Shown here: one piece after another, positions 54,544 to 64,000 of the stretch
How the letters are laid out: every line of letters starts with the position of its first letter
How positions within the stretch are numbered: position 1 is the first letter of the stretch
Assembly (NCBI GenBank): GCA_966421005.1
Contig: CBJLAJ010000011.1
Coordinates: forward strand, 10,202 to 74,201
Source of the DNA: an uncultured Paraburkholderia sp.
GTDB lineage: Bacteria > Pseudomonadota > Gammaproteobacteria > Burkholderiales > Burkholderiaceae
DNA length: 64,000 nt
Reading direction: 5' to 3'
The notes under the pieces: model-generated
The model's input: only the letters and a program-made list of their open reading frames with translations
Databases searched by the model: none
Told to the model about the DNA's origin: nothing
Made by a program: the position numbers and the translations under genes

Positions 54544-55590
54544 ATGGGCTATGAAGCTGCTTCGCAACGCTATTCGGATATGCAGTACCGCACCTGCGGC
54601 AAATCGGGCCTGAAATTGCCCGCCTTGTCGCTCGGGCTATGGCACAACTTCGGCGATACGACACCGCTATCGACGCAACGCGACATCCTTCGCACGGCAT
54701 TCGATCTCGGCATCACGCACTTCGATCTGGCCAACAACTACGGTCCGCCCTACGGCACCGCCGAAACGAATTTCGGGCGCCTCTTCAAGGACGATTTCCG
54801 TCCTTATCGCGATGAACTGCTGATTTCGACCAAGGCCGGCTGGGACATGTGGCCGGGACCGTACGGCCAGGGCGGGGGCTCGCGCAAGTACGTACTCGCC
54901 AGCCTCGACCAGAGCCTCGCCCGAATGGGTCTCGACTATGTCGATATTTTCTATTCGCATCGCTTCGACGCCGATACGCCGCTCGAGGAAACGGCGGGCG
55001 CATTGGCAAGCGCCGTGCAGCAAGGCAAGGCGCTCTATATCGGCATTTCGTCGTATTCGGCCGCTAAAACGCGCGAGATGGCGCGTTTGCTCGGCGAGTA
55101 CAAGGTGCCGCTATTGATTCACCAGCCCGCGTACAACATGCTCAACCGCTGGATCGAGCACGAACTGCTCGATACGCTGGGAGACATTGGAACCGGTTGC
55201 ATCGCCTTTACGCCGCTGGCGCAGGGGCTGCTGACTTCCAAATATCTGAACGGTATCCCGGCCGATGCGCGCGTGAACAAACCGGGTGGCGGCTCACTCC
55301 AGCAAAGTCATCTGAGCGCCGAGAACATCGAGCACGTGCGCAAGCTCAACGCGATTGCCGAACGCCGCGGCCAAAGTCTCGCGCAAATGGCGCTGGCCTG
55401 GGCACTGCGCGATGCGCGTGTCACCTCGGTGCTCATCGGCGCCAGCCGGGCCGAGCAGGTGCGGGAGAACGTCGGCGCACTCGCGAAGCTCGCGTTTGCC
55501 GCCGAAGAGCTGGCGGAAATCGATCGCTATGCGACGGAGGGCGGCATCAATCTCTGGGAAAAGCCCTCGACCGACCAGCCGATCCGCTAG
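54544..55590 (+). CDS. Aldo/keto reductase (L-glyceraldehyde-3-phosphate reductase YghZ/MgrA-like)
   Basis: LSLGLWHNFG, FDLANNYGPPYG, STKAG, YVDIFYSHR, FTPLAQGLLT. Confidence 0.92.
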   Translation: MGYEAASQRYSDMQYRTCGKSGLKLPALSLGLWHNFGDTTPLSTQRDILRTAFDLGITHFDLANNYGPPYGTAETNFGRLFKDDFRPYRDELLISTKAGWDMWPGPYGQGGGSRKYVLASLDQSLARMGLDYVDIFYSHRFDADTPLEETAGALASAVQQGKALYIGISSYSAAKTREMARLLGEYKVPLLIHQPAYNMLNRWIEHELLDTLGDIGTGCIAFTPLAQGLLTSKYLNGIPADARVNKPGGGSLQQSHLSAENIEHVRKLNAIAERRGQSLAQMALAWALRDARVTSVLIGASRAEQVRENVGALAKLAFAAEELAEIDRYATEGGINLWEKPSTDQPIR

Positions 55591-55618
55591 GGCACGCGGC
55601 CCGCGGTCGTGGCCGACG

Positions 55619-55801
55619 CTATACGAGCGCGGGCAACCCTTCCACGAGCACCACGGCGAAAACGACGCCGAGCAGTGCGCCCAGCACACGTAGTACGTTG
55701 TGGACGAACGTCGACGAGGTGGGCAACGCGCCGAGGAACAGCGCGCCCGCGAGCGCCATCGGGATCATGAGAATGAAGTCGCTGACCGTGAACGTCGCCA
55801 T
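55619..55801 (-). CDS. Small two-TM membrane protein (60 aa)
   Basis: GGAGG RBS; MATFTVSDFILMIPMALAGALFLG...VLGALLGVVFAVVLVEGLPALV. Confidence 0.65.
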   Translation of the reverse strand: MATFTVSDFILMIPMALAGALFLGALPTSSTFVHNVLRVLGALLGVVFAVVLVEGLPALV

Positions 55802-55937
55802 GCCCGCCTCCTTGCCTCGCAGCCCGCGGCAGCATCGACTGCGGGTGCAAGTTGTAATCGTCGCGCCGGCGAAAGCGCGGCACGTTGATCGAGTATAGGA
55901 GATGGCGCCGCCAATGGCGGTTATATCCTGTACCTCG

Positions 55938-56150
55938 TCATACGGGCGAGCGGCCGGCCGCGGGCGCGGGCGTGTTGGAAGGCTGCGCCTGCTGGGCACC
56001 CGATGCGGGTCGGGCCGGCGCGGCCTCGGACGCCTTGGCCGTGGTCGATGTCGGCTTGACGTAGTCGGGACCGTGCGCGCAAGCGCCGAGGGTGGCCACT
56101 ACCGCGCCGCCGCATATGACGGCAATCGCGTATGGCAGCAATCTGTTCAT
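55938..56150 (-). CDS. Small putative lipoprotein
   Basis: MNRLLPYAIAVICGGAVVATLGAC lipobox followed by an Ala/Pro/Thr-rich disordered tail. Confidence 0.65.
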   Translation of the reverse strand: MNRLLPYAIAVICGGAVVATLGACAHGPDYVKPTSTTAKASEAAPARPASGAQQAQPSNTPAPAAGRSPV

Positions 56151-56500
56151 CGAGGATCTCCTTGTTCCGAGCGGTCGATCGGCGCGCGCTCGCATGCGAC
56201 GCAAAGCGCGCGTTTTCGATTCCGCGCACAGCCGAACCCGGCTTACAGCACCAATCGTACCCCCGGCACGAGCCGCCGACAGGGCAAGATTCGACAGTCA
56301 TTTGTAAGGGTGATCGTGGGAAATGACGCCAGATAGCCCGTTACATTCTGCTTTGCACTGCGGCCGGTTCCGGCAACAATGCGTGCATGTGCCAAGGTGT
56401 CATCGAATGTGCGTTTTGCCCCGCCATCCGGTTGTCTGCCGGCTCGGGCGCGTTGTTCTCGCGCATTTTCATTACCCACCACTGACACGGGGGAAACATC

Positions 56501-56716
56501 ATGCAAGTCGGTTCGATCGTCAGGTCCGTGCATATGGCCGTGCCCACGGGCGCGCGCGGTATCGTCATGCGCATACTCGGCGATATGGCGATGGTCGTCT
56601 GGTATGCCGGGGAGCCCGGCGCATCGCTGCAACTGAACACGGAGCCTTTCTTCCTCGAAGACCTCATCGATACGGGTGAACTCGTCGCCCGTCCGGCTGG
56701 CGCACTCGTCCACTGA
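56501..56716 (+). CDS. Small hypothetical protein (beta-barrel-like pattern)
   Basis: GGGGAAA RBS; MQVGSIVRS...GIVMRILGDMAMVVWY...FFLEDL. Confidence 0.7.
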   Translation: MQVGSIVRSVHMAVPTGARGIVMRILGDMAMVVWYAGEPGASLQLNTEPFFLEDLIDTGELVARPAGALVH

Positions 56717-56793
56717 GCGCGCCGGTCGTCTGAAATCCAACGCCTTTTTCAAGAGGCGAGCCGAAGGGCATGCCGTTGCGGCACAATGCCGGC

Positions 56794-57828
56794 ATGAACG
56801 ATCACTTTTCCGATGTTTCCGGCATGGACGATTCGTCGTCCGCGCATCCTTTCACGCGGCTCACGCCCGAGTGCGTGCTCGACGCGCTCGACAGCGTGCT
56901 GGCCGCCACAGGCGTGCGTACCGATGGGCGGTTGCTGCCGCTCAACAGCTATGAAAACCGCGTCTATCAGATCGGCGTCGAAGATGGCCCGCCTGTCATC
57001 GCGAAGTTCTATCGTCCCGAGCGCTGGTCCGATGAGGCGATTCTCGAAGAACATGCCTTCGTCGCCGAACTCGTCGAGCACGAGATTCCGGCCGTGCCCG
57101 CACGGGTCGTCGATTCCCGTACGCTGCACACCTTCGACGGTTTCCGTTTCGCGGTATTCGAGCGGCGCGGCGGCCGCGCGCCCGATCTCGACAGGCGCGA
57201 CACGCTGGAATGGATGGGGCGCTTCATCGGGCGGATTCACGCGCGCGGTCGGCGCATACCCTACGCCGCGCGTCCGACGCTCGACATTGCGTCGTTCGGC
57301 TACGAGCCGCGCGATTATCTGCTGAGTCACGGATTCATTCCGACCGAGCTGCGCGATGCTTATGCCGCGGCGGTTGCGATGGCGCTCGAAGCGGTGGAGC
57401 ACGCGTTCGAGGCGGCTGGCGAAGTGACCTATCTGCGGCTGCATGGCGACTGTCATGCGAGCAATGTTCTCTGGACGGATGCCGGTCCGCATTTCGTCGA
57501 TTTCGACGATTCCCGCATGGGTCCGGCGGTGCAGGACCTTTGGTTGCTGTTGCCCGCCGAACGGGCCGACGCGTCGCGGGCGTTGACCGATCTGCTTGCG
57601 GGCTACGAGGATTTCTGCGAATTCGAGCCGCGCGAGCTTCATCTCGTGGAGGCGTTGCGTACGCTGCGGCTCATCCATTACGCGGCGTGGCTGGCGCGTC
57701 GTTGGGACGATCCGGCATTTCCGGCCGCGTTTCCGTGGTTCAACACGCAGCGTTATTGGGAGGCGCGTGTGCTCGAATTGCGCGAGCAGATCGGGGCGAT
57801 GCAGGAAGGGCCGCTTTGGCCGGTCTGA
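56794..57828 (+). CDS. srkA: Stress response Ser/Thr kinase SrkA/RdoA (YihE)
   Basis: LNSYENRVYQ, AKFYRPERWS, RLHGDCH.SN, DFDD, LRTLRLIHYAAWLARRWDDPAFP. Confidence 0.93.
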   Translation: MNDHFSDVSGMDDSSSAHPFTRLTPECVLDALDSVLAATGVRTDGRLLPLNSYENRVYQIGVEDGPPVIAKFYRPERWSDEAILEEHAFVAELVEHEIPAVPARVVDSRTLHTFDGFRFAVFERRGGRAPDLDRRDTLEWMGRFIGRIHARGRRIPYAARPTLDIASFGYEPRDYLLSHGFIPTELRDAYAAAVAMALEAVEHAFEAAGEVTYLRLHGDCHASNVLWTDAGPHFVDFDDSRMGPAVQDLWLLLPAERADASRALTDLLAGYEDFCEFEPRELHLVEALRTLRLIHYAAWLARRWDDPAFPAAFPWFNTQRYWEARVLELREQIGAMQEGPLWPV

Positions 57829-57899
57829 TCGTTCGCCTTTGGGCGCGATGGCGCCGGCCGTTTCGCTAGAATGGCCGCTACACCAACGAGCCGATTCCC

Positions 57900-58862
57900 A
57901 TGCAGCACCAAACCTTCCGCATTACCTACGACGGCCCAGCTCTCGATTCCAGTGAAATGGAGGTGCGGGAGCTTGCCCCAGCGCTTCACGCAATGGGAGA
58001 TTTGCTCGAGCATGCCAATCGTGTGCTGAACGGTGAATCGGCCAAGGTGGCTGTCAATGTCAAAGGTTCGTTCAAGACCGGCAGCTTTGGCATCGATTTG
58101 GCGCTTTACCAGTCGCTCGCGTCTCACATCGTTGATTTTTTCTCGAGCAAAGAAGTTCAAGCGGTCGGTACGCTGCTCGGCTTACTCGGGCTGAACGCGA
58201 TCAGCGGTGCGTCGGCATGCCGAAACGGGCTGATTCAGGTGCTGAAATGGATACGCGGGCGGCCCATTCAAAAGGTCCGAACAACTGAATCGACCGCGAT
58301 TCTGACCGTCGATGGCGAAACACTCGAAATCGAGTTGGCCGTGCTCGCACTCTTGCAGGATGTAAAAACGCGCGAAGCGCTGGAGGGCGTCATTACTCGG
58401 CCGCTCGCGAGGGAGGGAATCGATACATTCGCCACGGGCTCGGATTCCCACATTCACGAATCGATTTTAAAGGCCGAAGCGGCGTGGTTCGTGGTGCCTG
58501 CGGAAACTGACGAACAACTCGGCGAAGCGACATTCACTGCAACGGTGCAGATCGTCAGAATCGAATTCAACCAGGATAACAAGTGGCGATTCACCGATGG
58601 CAACTTGTCGTTCTATGCGGCGATCATGGACGAAGACTTTCTGCGCAAGATCGCGCACAACGAAGTCTCGTTTTCCAGCGGCGACGTCCTGAGAGTCGAG
58701 GTTCGTCAGCGCCAGAGCATAAGTGGTGGACAGATCAAATCCGAATACTTTATCGATAAAGTGGTCGAGCATCGCGCAGCGTATCGCCAGATTCGCCTCC
58801 CGTTCTCGAACGAGGCTACGATCGCGCCGTCTGAGCTGCGTGACGATTCCACGCAATCGTGA
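57900..58862 (+). CDS. Uncharacterised 320-aa accessory protein
   Basis: Clean ORF with globular, non-shadow composition; visibly less GC-biased codons than its neighbours; TAGAAT -10 at 57867-57872; no family recognised with confidence. Confidence 0.85.
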   Translation: MQHQTFRITYDGPALDSSEMEVRELAPALHAMGDLLEHANRVLNGESAKVAVNVKGSFKTGSFGIDLALYQSLASHIVDFFSSKEVQAVGTLLGLLGLNAISGASACRNGLIQVLKWIRGRPIQKVRTTESTAILTVDGETLEIELAVLALLQDVKTREALEGVITRPLAREGIDTFATGSDSHIHESILKAEAAWFVVPAETDEQLGEATFTATVQIVRIEFNQDNKWRFTDGNLSFYAAIMDEDFLRKIAHNEVSFSSGDVLRVEVRQRQSISGGQIKSEYFIDKVVEHRAAYRQIRLPFSNEATIAPSELRDDSTQS

Positions 58863-58914
58863 GATCTAGCCGGCACGCAAGACAAACGTCCGCGCCCCAA
58901 CTGAGGCTCGACGA

Positions 58915-60333
58915 TCACAGTCTCAACATCATGGCGATGATGGCCTGAAAGCGCCGGCCATACGGTGGCAGCAACAGCGATCGCGCGTTCAGCCGCGCCT
59001 GCATGAACACGGGCTTCAGGTTCGAGAAAGTCAGGAATCCTTCATAACCGTGATACGCGCCCATTCCGCTTGCCCCCACGCCGCCGAACGGCAGGCCCTC
59101 GCAGGCGATCTGCAGTAGCGTCTCGTTGATGGCAACCCCTCCGGAAACGGTACTGCGCAAGACGCGTTCGATGTTCGAGCGATCTTCGTCGAACAGATAC
59201 AGTGCAAGCGGTCGTTCGCGTGCATTGATGTAGCCAATGGCCTCATCGAGCGTGTCGTAGGGCACGAGCGGCAGCAGCGGCCCGAAAATTTCTTCCCGCA
59301 TGACGGCGGTATGCTCGGGCGCGTCGGTGACGATGCACGGCGCGAAAATGCGGCGTGCGGCGTCGTTCGGTGCATCGGTCAGCGGATGAAGTCGCGCGCC
59401 GGCGCGGGCGGCCTCGTCGGCCAGCCGAACGAGCCGCTCATAGTGACGCTCGGCCACGATCGACGTGTAATCGCGGTTCCCGCTGAGGCCGGGATACAGT
59501 TTGCCCACCTGCGCACGGGCGCGCTCGATGAACGCGTCAACGCGTTCTCGCGGCACGAGGACGTAGTCGGGCGCGATGCAGGTCTGGCCCGCGTTCAGTG
59601 TCTTGCCCGCGACGATGCTATCGACCGCCTTGTCAAAACGTGCCTGCGGGCCGACGATTGCGGGCGATTTGCCGCCTAGTTCCAGGGTGACCGGTGTCAG
59701 ATTGCCGGCGGCTGCGCGCATGACTTCGCGGCCCACGGCCGTCGAGCCGGTGAACAGCAGACGATCGAATGCAAGTGCGCAGAACGACGCACCGACGGCC
59801 GCGTCGCCAGTCACGACGCTGACATGATCGCGCGCGAACGTCTGCGCGATCAATCGTGCGAGCAGCACGGACGTACGTGGCGTGAGTTCCGGCAGTTTGA
59901 TCATTGCGCGGTTGCCGGCCGCAAGCGCGCAGACGAGCGGACCGATGGACAGCAGAAGCGGATAGTTCCACGGTGCGACGATGCCGACGACGCCAAGCGG
60001 CTGGGGCATCACTTTCGCGCGCGCCGGTCTGAGCCAGATTCCCGTTGCCCGGTGGCGCGCGCGCATCCAGCGCTTGCCGTGCCTCAGTGCCGCATCGATC
60101 TCGTTTTTGACGAGCCAGAGCTCGGAGAGCAGGACCTCGGCCTTTGCGCGTTGGCCGAAATCCGCGTCGATCGCCTCGGCCAGTGCCTCGCGGTGATCGA
60201 GCAGCATCGCGCGCAGCGATGACAGATGTGCGGCGCGCTGCGCCCAGTCGGGGTACGGTGTGCGCAAAAACGCCGCGCGCTGAGCGTGCAGCAAGTCCCG
60301 GAGCGCCGCGGCGTCCGGCAAGTCGTTTTTCAT
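58915..60333 (-). CDS. Aldehyde dehydrogenase (coniferyl-aldehyde/ALDH3-like)
   Basis: APWNYP, FTGSTAVG, TLELGGKSP, NAGQTCIAPDY, EEIFGP, PFGGVGASG. Confidence 0.95.
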   Translation of the reverse strand: MKNDLPDAAALRDLLHAQRAAFLRTPYPDWAQRAAHLSSLRAMLLDHREALAEAIDADFGQRAKAEVLLSELWLVKNEIDAALRHGKRWMRARHRATGIWLRPARAKVMPQPLGVVGIVAPWNYPLLLSIGPLVCALAAGNRAMIKLPELTPRTSVLLARLIAQTFARDHVSVVTGDAAVGASFCALAFDRLLFTGSTAVGREVMRAAAGNLTPVTLELGGKSPAIVGPQARFDKAVDSIVAGKTLNAGQTCIAPDYVLVPRERVDAFIERARAQVGKLYPGLSGNRDYTSIVAERHYERLVRLADEAARAGARLHPLTDAPNDAARRIFAPCIVTDAPEHTAVMREEIFGPLLPLVPYDTLDEAIGYINARERPLALYLFDEDRSNIERVLRSTVSGGVAINETLLQIACEGLPFGGVGASGMGAYHGYEGFLTFSNLKPVFMQARLNARSLLLPPYGRRFQAIIAMMLRL

Positions 60334-60368
60334 GGTCTTGTCTCTCCCTGTGCGATTCAACGTCTCGT

Positions 60369-62060
60369 TCAGGGCTCGAATGCGCGAGCAATGACGGCCG
60401 CGTGATCGAACGACGCGGGCAGCGTACCGTAGACGCGGCCGCAACGGCCGGCGCGTTGCCCCAACCGTGTCGCAATGAACGCATCGGCACTTGCCGCGGG
60501 TGCTGCTTCGAGCATCAAAGCAGCTTGTGCGCAGAGTACGAGGTGCTGCGCGAGCCGGCGTCCCAGGATTTCGCGCGCCTCGGGCGGCGCGCCCAGCAAG
60601 GCCTCGAGTTCCGCAAGGGCGCTGCCGAGCTCGGCATGTTCGTCCGCACGATGGCGCCATTGCACGATGAGCGCCTGGGCACCCACCGGGTCGCGTTCCA
60701 GCGCGCGCAACACATCGAGACACATGACATTGCCCGACCCTTCCCAGATCGAATTGACCGGGGCCTCGCGGTAAAAGCGCGCCATGGGGCTCTCCTCGAC
60801 GTAGCCATTGCCGCCGAGCACTTCCATGGCCTCGCCGGTGAATTCGAGCGCGCGCTTGCATATCCAGAATTTCGCCGCCGGTGTGACGATGCGTCGCCAG
60901 GCGCGCTCGGCATCGCTCTCGGCCGTTGCCTCGCCAGCGTCGGCGGCGAGGTGCGCATCGAACGCCCGAGCAAGCCGCATGAAGAGTAGCGTCGCGGCTT
61001 CGGATTCGAGCGCGAGGTCGGCGAGAACATTGCGCATCAGCGGCTGCTCGGCGAGCCGCTTGCCGAACGCCATCCGATGGCGCGCATGATGGATGGCGTG
61101 CACGAGTGCGGCGCGCATCAGCGCGGCACTGCCGATCACGCAGTCGAGCCGCGTGTAGTTGGCCATCTCGATGATCGTTGGGACACCCCTGCCCGGCTCG
61201 CCGATCATGATGCCGAACGCATCGAGGAATTCCACCTCGCTGCTGGCGTTCGAGCGGTTGCCGAGCTTGTCCTTGAGCCGCTGTACTTGAATCGCGTTGC
61301 GCGCGCCATCGGCGGTATAGCGCGGGACGTAAAAGCACGAGATGCCTTCGCCGTCATCGGTACGCGCAAGCACGAGATGTGCATCGGATTGCGGCACTGA
61401 GAAAAACCACTTGTGGCCCACGAGCCGGTAGGCTTCGCCGCGCCCGCCCCGATCGAGCGGGAAAGCCCGCGTGCGATTGGCGCGTACGTCCGAGCCGCCT
61501 TGTTTCTCCGTCATGCCCATGCCGATCATCATCGAGCGTTTGTCGGCGAGTGGCACGTCGCGCGGATCGTGCTCGCGCGAATAAAGCTTGTCTGCCAGCC
61601 CGGCGAAGAGCGCCGGCTCGCGGCGCAGCACCGGAATGCTGGCGAACGTCATGGTCAGCGGGCACAGCGAGCCCGATTCGAGCTGAGCATGCAGGAAGTA
61701 GCCTGCGCATCGCGCCACCATGGCGCCGGGGCGTGGCTCGGAAAATGGCAGCGCATGGAGGCCTTCGGCGCGCAGCAGCTCGAGCAGGCGGTGCCAACTG
61801 GGATGAAATTCGAGCGTGTCGATGCGCTCGCCGCGCGGGCTGTACGTGAACAGTTCAGGCACGTGGCGATTGGCGAGCTCAGCAAGCGCCAAGACCTCGG
61901 GCGTGCCGATGCGCGCGCCATCGCGCACGAGTGCCTCGCTATGCCATTGCGCACCTTCGCGTTCGACAGCGGCTATGAGAGCCGGATCGCTCGCGAAGAG
62001 GTTGTAGCCCTCGAGCGGCGGCGTTTGATTCGTGACTTCGTGCGTGGCCTGCCGTTTCAT
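60369..62060 (-). CDS. aidB: Acyl-CoA dehydrogenase, AidB-like
   Basis: THEVTNQ, CPLTMT, GMTEKQGGSD, GHKWFFS, KDKLGNRS, GGNGYVEE, NSIWEGSGN. Confidence 0.85.
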   Translation of the reverse strand: MKRQATHEVTNQTPPLEGYNLFASDPALIAAVEREGAQWHSEALVRDGARIGTPEVLALAELANRHVPELFTYSPRGERIDTLEFHPSWHRLLELLRAEGLHALPFSEPRPGAMVARCAGYFLHAQLESGSLCPLTMTFASIPVLRREPALFAGLADKLYSREHDPRDVPLADKRSMMIGMGMTEKQGGSDVRANRTRAFPLDRGGRGEAYRLVGHKWFFSVPQSDAHLVLARTDDGEGISCFYVPRYTADGARNAIQVQRLKDKLGNRSNASSEVEFLDAFGIMIGEPGRGVPTIIEMANYTRLDCVIGSAALMRAALVHAIHHARHRMAFGKRLAEQPLMRNVLADLALESEAATLLFMRLARAFDAHLAADAGEATAESDAERAWRRIVTPAAKFWICKRALEFTGEAMEVLGGNGYVEESPMARFYREAPVNSIWEGSGNVMCLDVLRALERDPVGAQALIVQWRHRADEHAELGSALAELEALLGAPPEAREILGRRLAQHLVLCAQAALMLEAAPAASADAFIATRLGQRAGRCGRVYGTLPASFDHAAVIARAFEP

Positions 62061-62295
62061 GGTGTGTCTCCGTTGTCGCGACCGCCGCACGTTCCCGCTC
62101 GTGCCGTTCGAACTGCGGCTCCAATCTCATATGCTGTCTTGCCGCCAGCATCCGGTGGACGTTTGAATGCCCGCGACGCAACCCGCTGGCGCCCGTGCAG
62201 CGCACTTGCATGATAGGTTGTGCCCACTGCCAACGAGTAGAGGAAGGGCTCGCCGGATCGACGCCATGCGGCGGTCTCGTGCTCACCGGCAGGGC

Positions 62296-63240
62296 TCACC
62301 AGACCTCCGTGCCTCCCGAGGGCCTGTCCGAGCGGGCATAGACGAAATCGTCGCCGGGCTGGCCCGGCAGCGTTTGGCGCGCCACGTCCAGCCAGGCGCG
62401 CGCGGCGTGCGAGAGATAGCCGTTGCGCCGCCAGCCGATTGCCATCTCCCAGGGTATTTCGGGCTCGGCGAGCGGGCGGCAGGTGAACTGCGCCGGATCG
62501 AGGCGCCCGCAATAGGGTGCCGGTAACAACGCAATGCCGAGCCCCGCGTGCACGAGCGCGGCCATGAAATCCCAATGGCTGCTGCGTGCGACGATCGTGG
62601 GCGTAAAGCCCGATTGCCGGCAGGCGCGGGTGACCACGTCGTTCAATGCGAGGCTCTCGCCATAAAAAACGAATGGCTCGCCGGCAAGATCGGCGAGCTC
62701 GACTTGGGCCGCGTTGTCCCAGCGCGTGCCGGTGCGCGCGACGAGCCACAGCAGCTGCCGCGACATCGGAAGGACATCGAAGAGCTCGGCATCGACAGGC
62801 AGTAGCAGGCCGCCAAGCTCGAGCTCACCGGCCGCGAGCGCGGCTTCGATACCCCGCGAGCCTTGCTCGAAAAGCTTCAGCTCGATTTTGGGATAGCGGC
62901 GCTTGAATTCGGCGATGGCCGGCGTAAACAGTGAGCCGCCCATCGGCGGAATGCCGATGGTGAGTTCTCCTCGCCCCAGTGTGCCGATATCGTCGAGCTC
63001 GGCCTGTAGCCGCGTGTGCGCGGCCAACAGCTCCTGGCCCCGCTGAAAAACGATACGGCCTTCATCCGTGAGCACCATTTGCCGCCCTTCACGCAACAGG
63101 AGCGGTGCGCCGACCTCTTCTTCGAGGGCCTTGACCATCTTGCTGATAGTGGGTTGTGTCACGAATAGCTGCTCGGCAGCGAGCGTGAAGCTGCGTTGCC
63201 GCACCACTTCGACGAAATAGCGCAATGCGCGTAACTCCAT
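62296..63240 (-). CDS. LysR family regulator (CidR-like)
   Basis: MELRALRYFVEVV...FTLAAEQLFVTQPTISKMVK; divergent from cidA-lrgB. Confidence 0.95.
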   Translation of the reverse strand: MELRALRYFVEVVRQRSFTLAAEQLFVTQPTISKMVKALEEEVGAPLLLREGRQMVLTDEGRIVFQRGQELLAAHTRLQAELDDIGTLGRGELTIGIPPMGGSLFTPAIAEFKRRYPKIELKLFEQGSRGIEAALAAGELELGGLLLPVDAELFDVLPMSRQLLWLVARTGTRWDNAAQVELADLAGEPFVFYGESLALNDVVTRACRQSGFTPTIVARSSHWDFMAALVHAGLGIALLPAPYCGRLDPAQFTCRPLAEPEIPWEMAIGWRRNGYLSHAARAWLDVARQTLPGQPGDDFVYARSDRPSGGTEVW

Positions 63241-63274
63241 GGGTCTGCCCTCCCCGCTGCCCTGACGGCATAAG

Positions 63275-63287
63275 TTCCAAATTGGAA
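63275..63287. promoter_or_regulatory. LysR-type recognition site (T-N11-A with dyad)
   Basis: TTCCA-AAT-TGGAA in the divergent LysR/cidA intergenic region. Confidence 0.6.
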
Positions 63288-63369
63288 TGGAACGGATGAT
63301 TTTAAGTCATTTTATTTATGAAATGCAGGTGACTACAATCGCTTCATGAAGTCAATAGGGAGTTGTGCC

Positions 63370-63780
63370 ATGAGCGTGAAGCGTATGGGGTGCCTGATGC
63401 AAATCGTCGCGCAAAGCGCCTTGCTGGCCGCGCTGTGGTTTGTCGCCGACTTTGCCGCGCGGCGCCTGAATCTGCCCGTGCCCGGAAGCGTGGTCGGTCT
63501 GGCGATACTGCTCATCCTCCTGCTCACCGGAGGCGTCGCGCCCAAGTGGGTGAAGGCCGGCGCGGACTGGCTCTTGTCGAACATGCTGCTCTTTTTCATT
63601 CCGGCGGCCGTGGCGGTGGTGCAGTACGGGGGGCTTTTCAAGTCCGACGGCTGGCGGCTCGCGTTGGTTGTAGTGGCCGGTACGCTGACTGTGATGATTG
63701 CCGTGGCCTTTACGGTCGATCAGGCCGCGCGTCTCGAACGCCGATTGGCGCTGCGCCGCGCGCGCCTCGCCCGCGGGTGA
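63370..63780 (+). CDS. CidA/LrgA family holin-like protein
   Basis: PVPGSVVGL, GADWLLSNMLLFFIPAAV. Confidence 0.92.
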   Translation: MSVKRMGCLMQIVAQSALLAALWFVADFAARRLNLPVPGSVVGLAILLILLLTGGVAPKWVKAGADWLLSNMLLFFIPAAVAVVQYGGLFKSDGWRLALVVVAGTLTVMIAVAFTVDQAARLERRLALRRARLARG

Positions 63781-63807
63781 GACGGACCTGACCTTCTGGG
63801 AATATCG

Positions 63808-64000
63808 ATGCTCCCCTCGCTCATCTCATCGCCGGTGACCGCGTTCGGCCCGCGAGCCATCGCCGCCGTCTGCTTCGCGCTGACGATCGCGCTCTACGCC
63901 GCGGGTAAGCGCTTGTATGCACGCTTTACGCGTCCGTGGCTGACGCCGCTCGTGGTCGTGCCCGCGTTGCTCGCGGCGCTGGTGATCATCGCGCATATCC
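63808..64000 (+). CDS. LrgB/CidB family protein (runs off window end)
   Basis: Manual translation MLPSLISS...CFALTIALYAAGKRLYARFTRPWLTPLVVVP; follows cidA. Confidence 0.85.
   Translation, partial: MLPSLISSPVTAFGPRAIAAVCFALTIALYAAGKRLYARFTRPWLTPLVVVPALLAALVIIAHI

Overview
High-GC (roughly mid-60s % by eye) chromosomal segment of a Burkholderiaceae betaproteobacterium; the Burkholderia/Paraburkholderia/Trinickia-like assignment is inferred from gene order and protein style. Most of the window is a housekeeping backbone: dprA-def-fmt-htpX-rsmB, DUF4390-NtrY/NtrX-like (EsaSR-like) two-component system, tRNA-Phe, queCED, mreBCD-mrdA-rodA, gatCAB, ppk2, xth, ampG, metXW, slmA, argB, regBA, hslVU, dksA, a COG0523 GTPase, rlmI, xerC, dapF, lpxL, metK, srkA, an AidB-like dehydrogenase and LysR-cidA-lrgB. 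Small accessory inserts interrupt it, and I found no integrase other than chromosomal XerC, no transposase and no CRISPR array. Highlights: (1) Two secreted type-B carboxylesterase paralogs about 10 kb apart share a 26-bp upstream motif at almost the same distance from the start codon, and the second has lost its catalytic serine (GNAAG); this is a candidate co-regulated enzyme/pseudoenzyme (decoy) pair. (2) A SAM-II riboswitch with a readable RBS-sequestering platform precedes metX, and a second, variant SAM-II-like fold precedes metK. (3) A HipA-family kinase has Ala at the autophosphorylation-serine position, with an XRE partner and palindromic operators. (4) An orphan 320-aa gene is a possible defence-type protein. 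(5) A 42-bp hypermutated patch removes the Fmt catalytic motif and is probably an assembly artefact. All calls are by eye; no searches were run.
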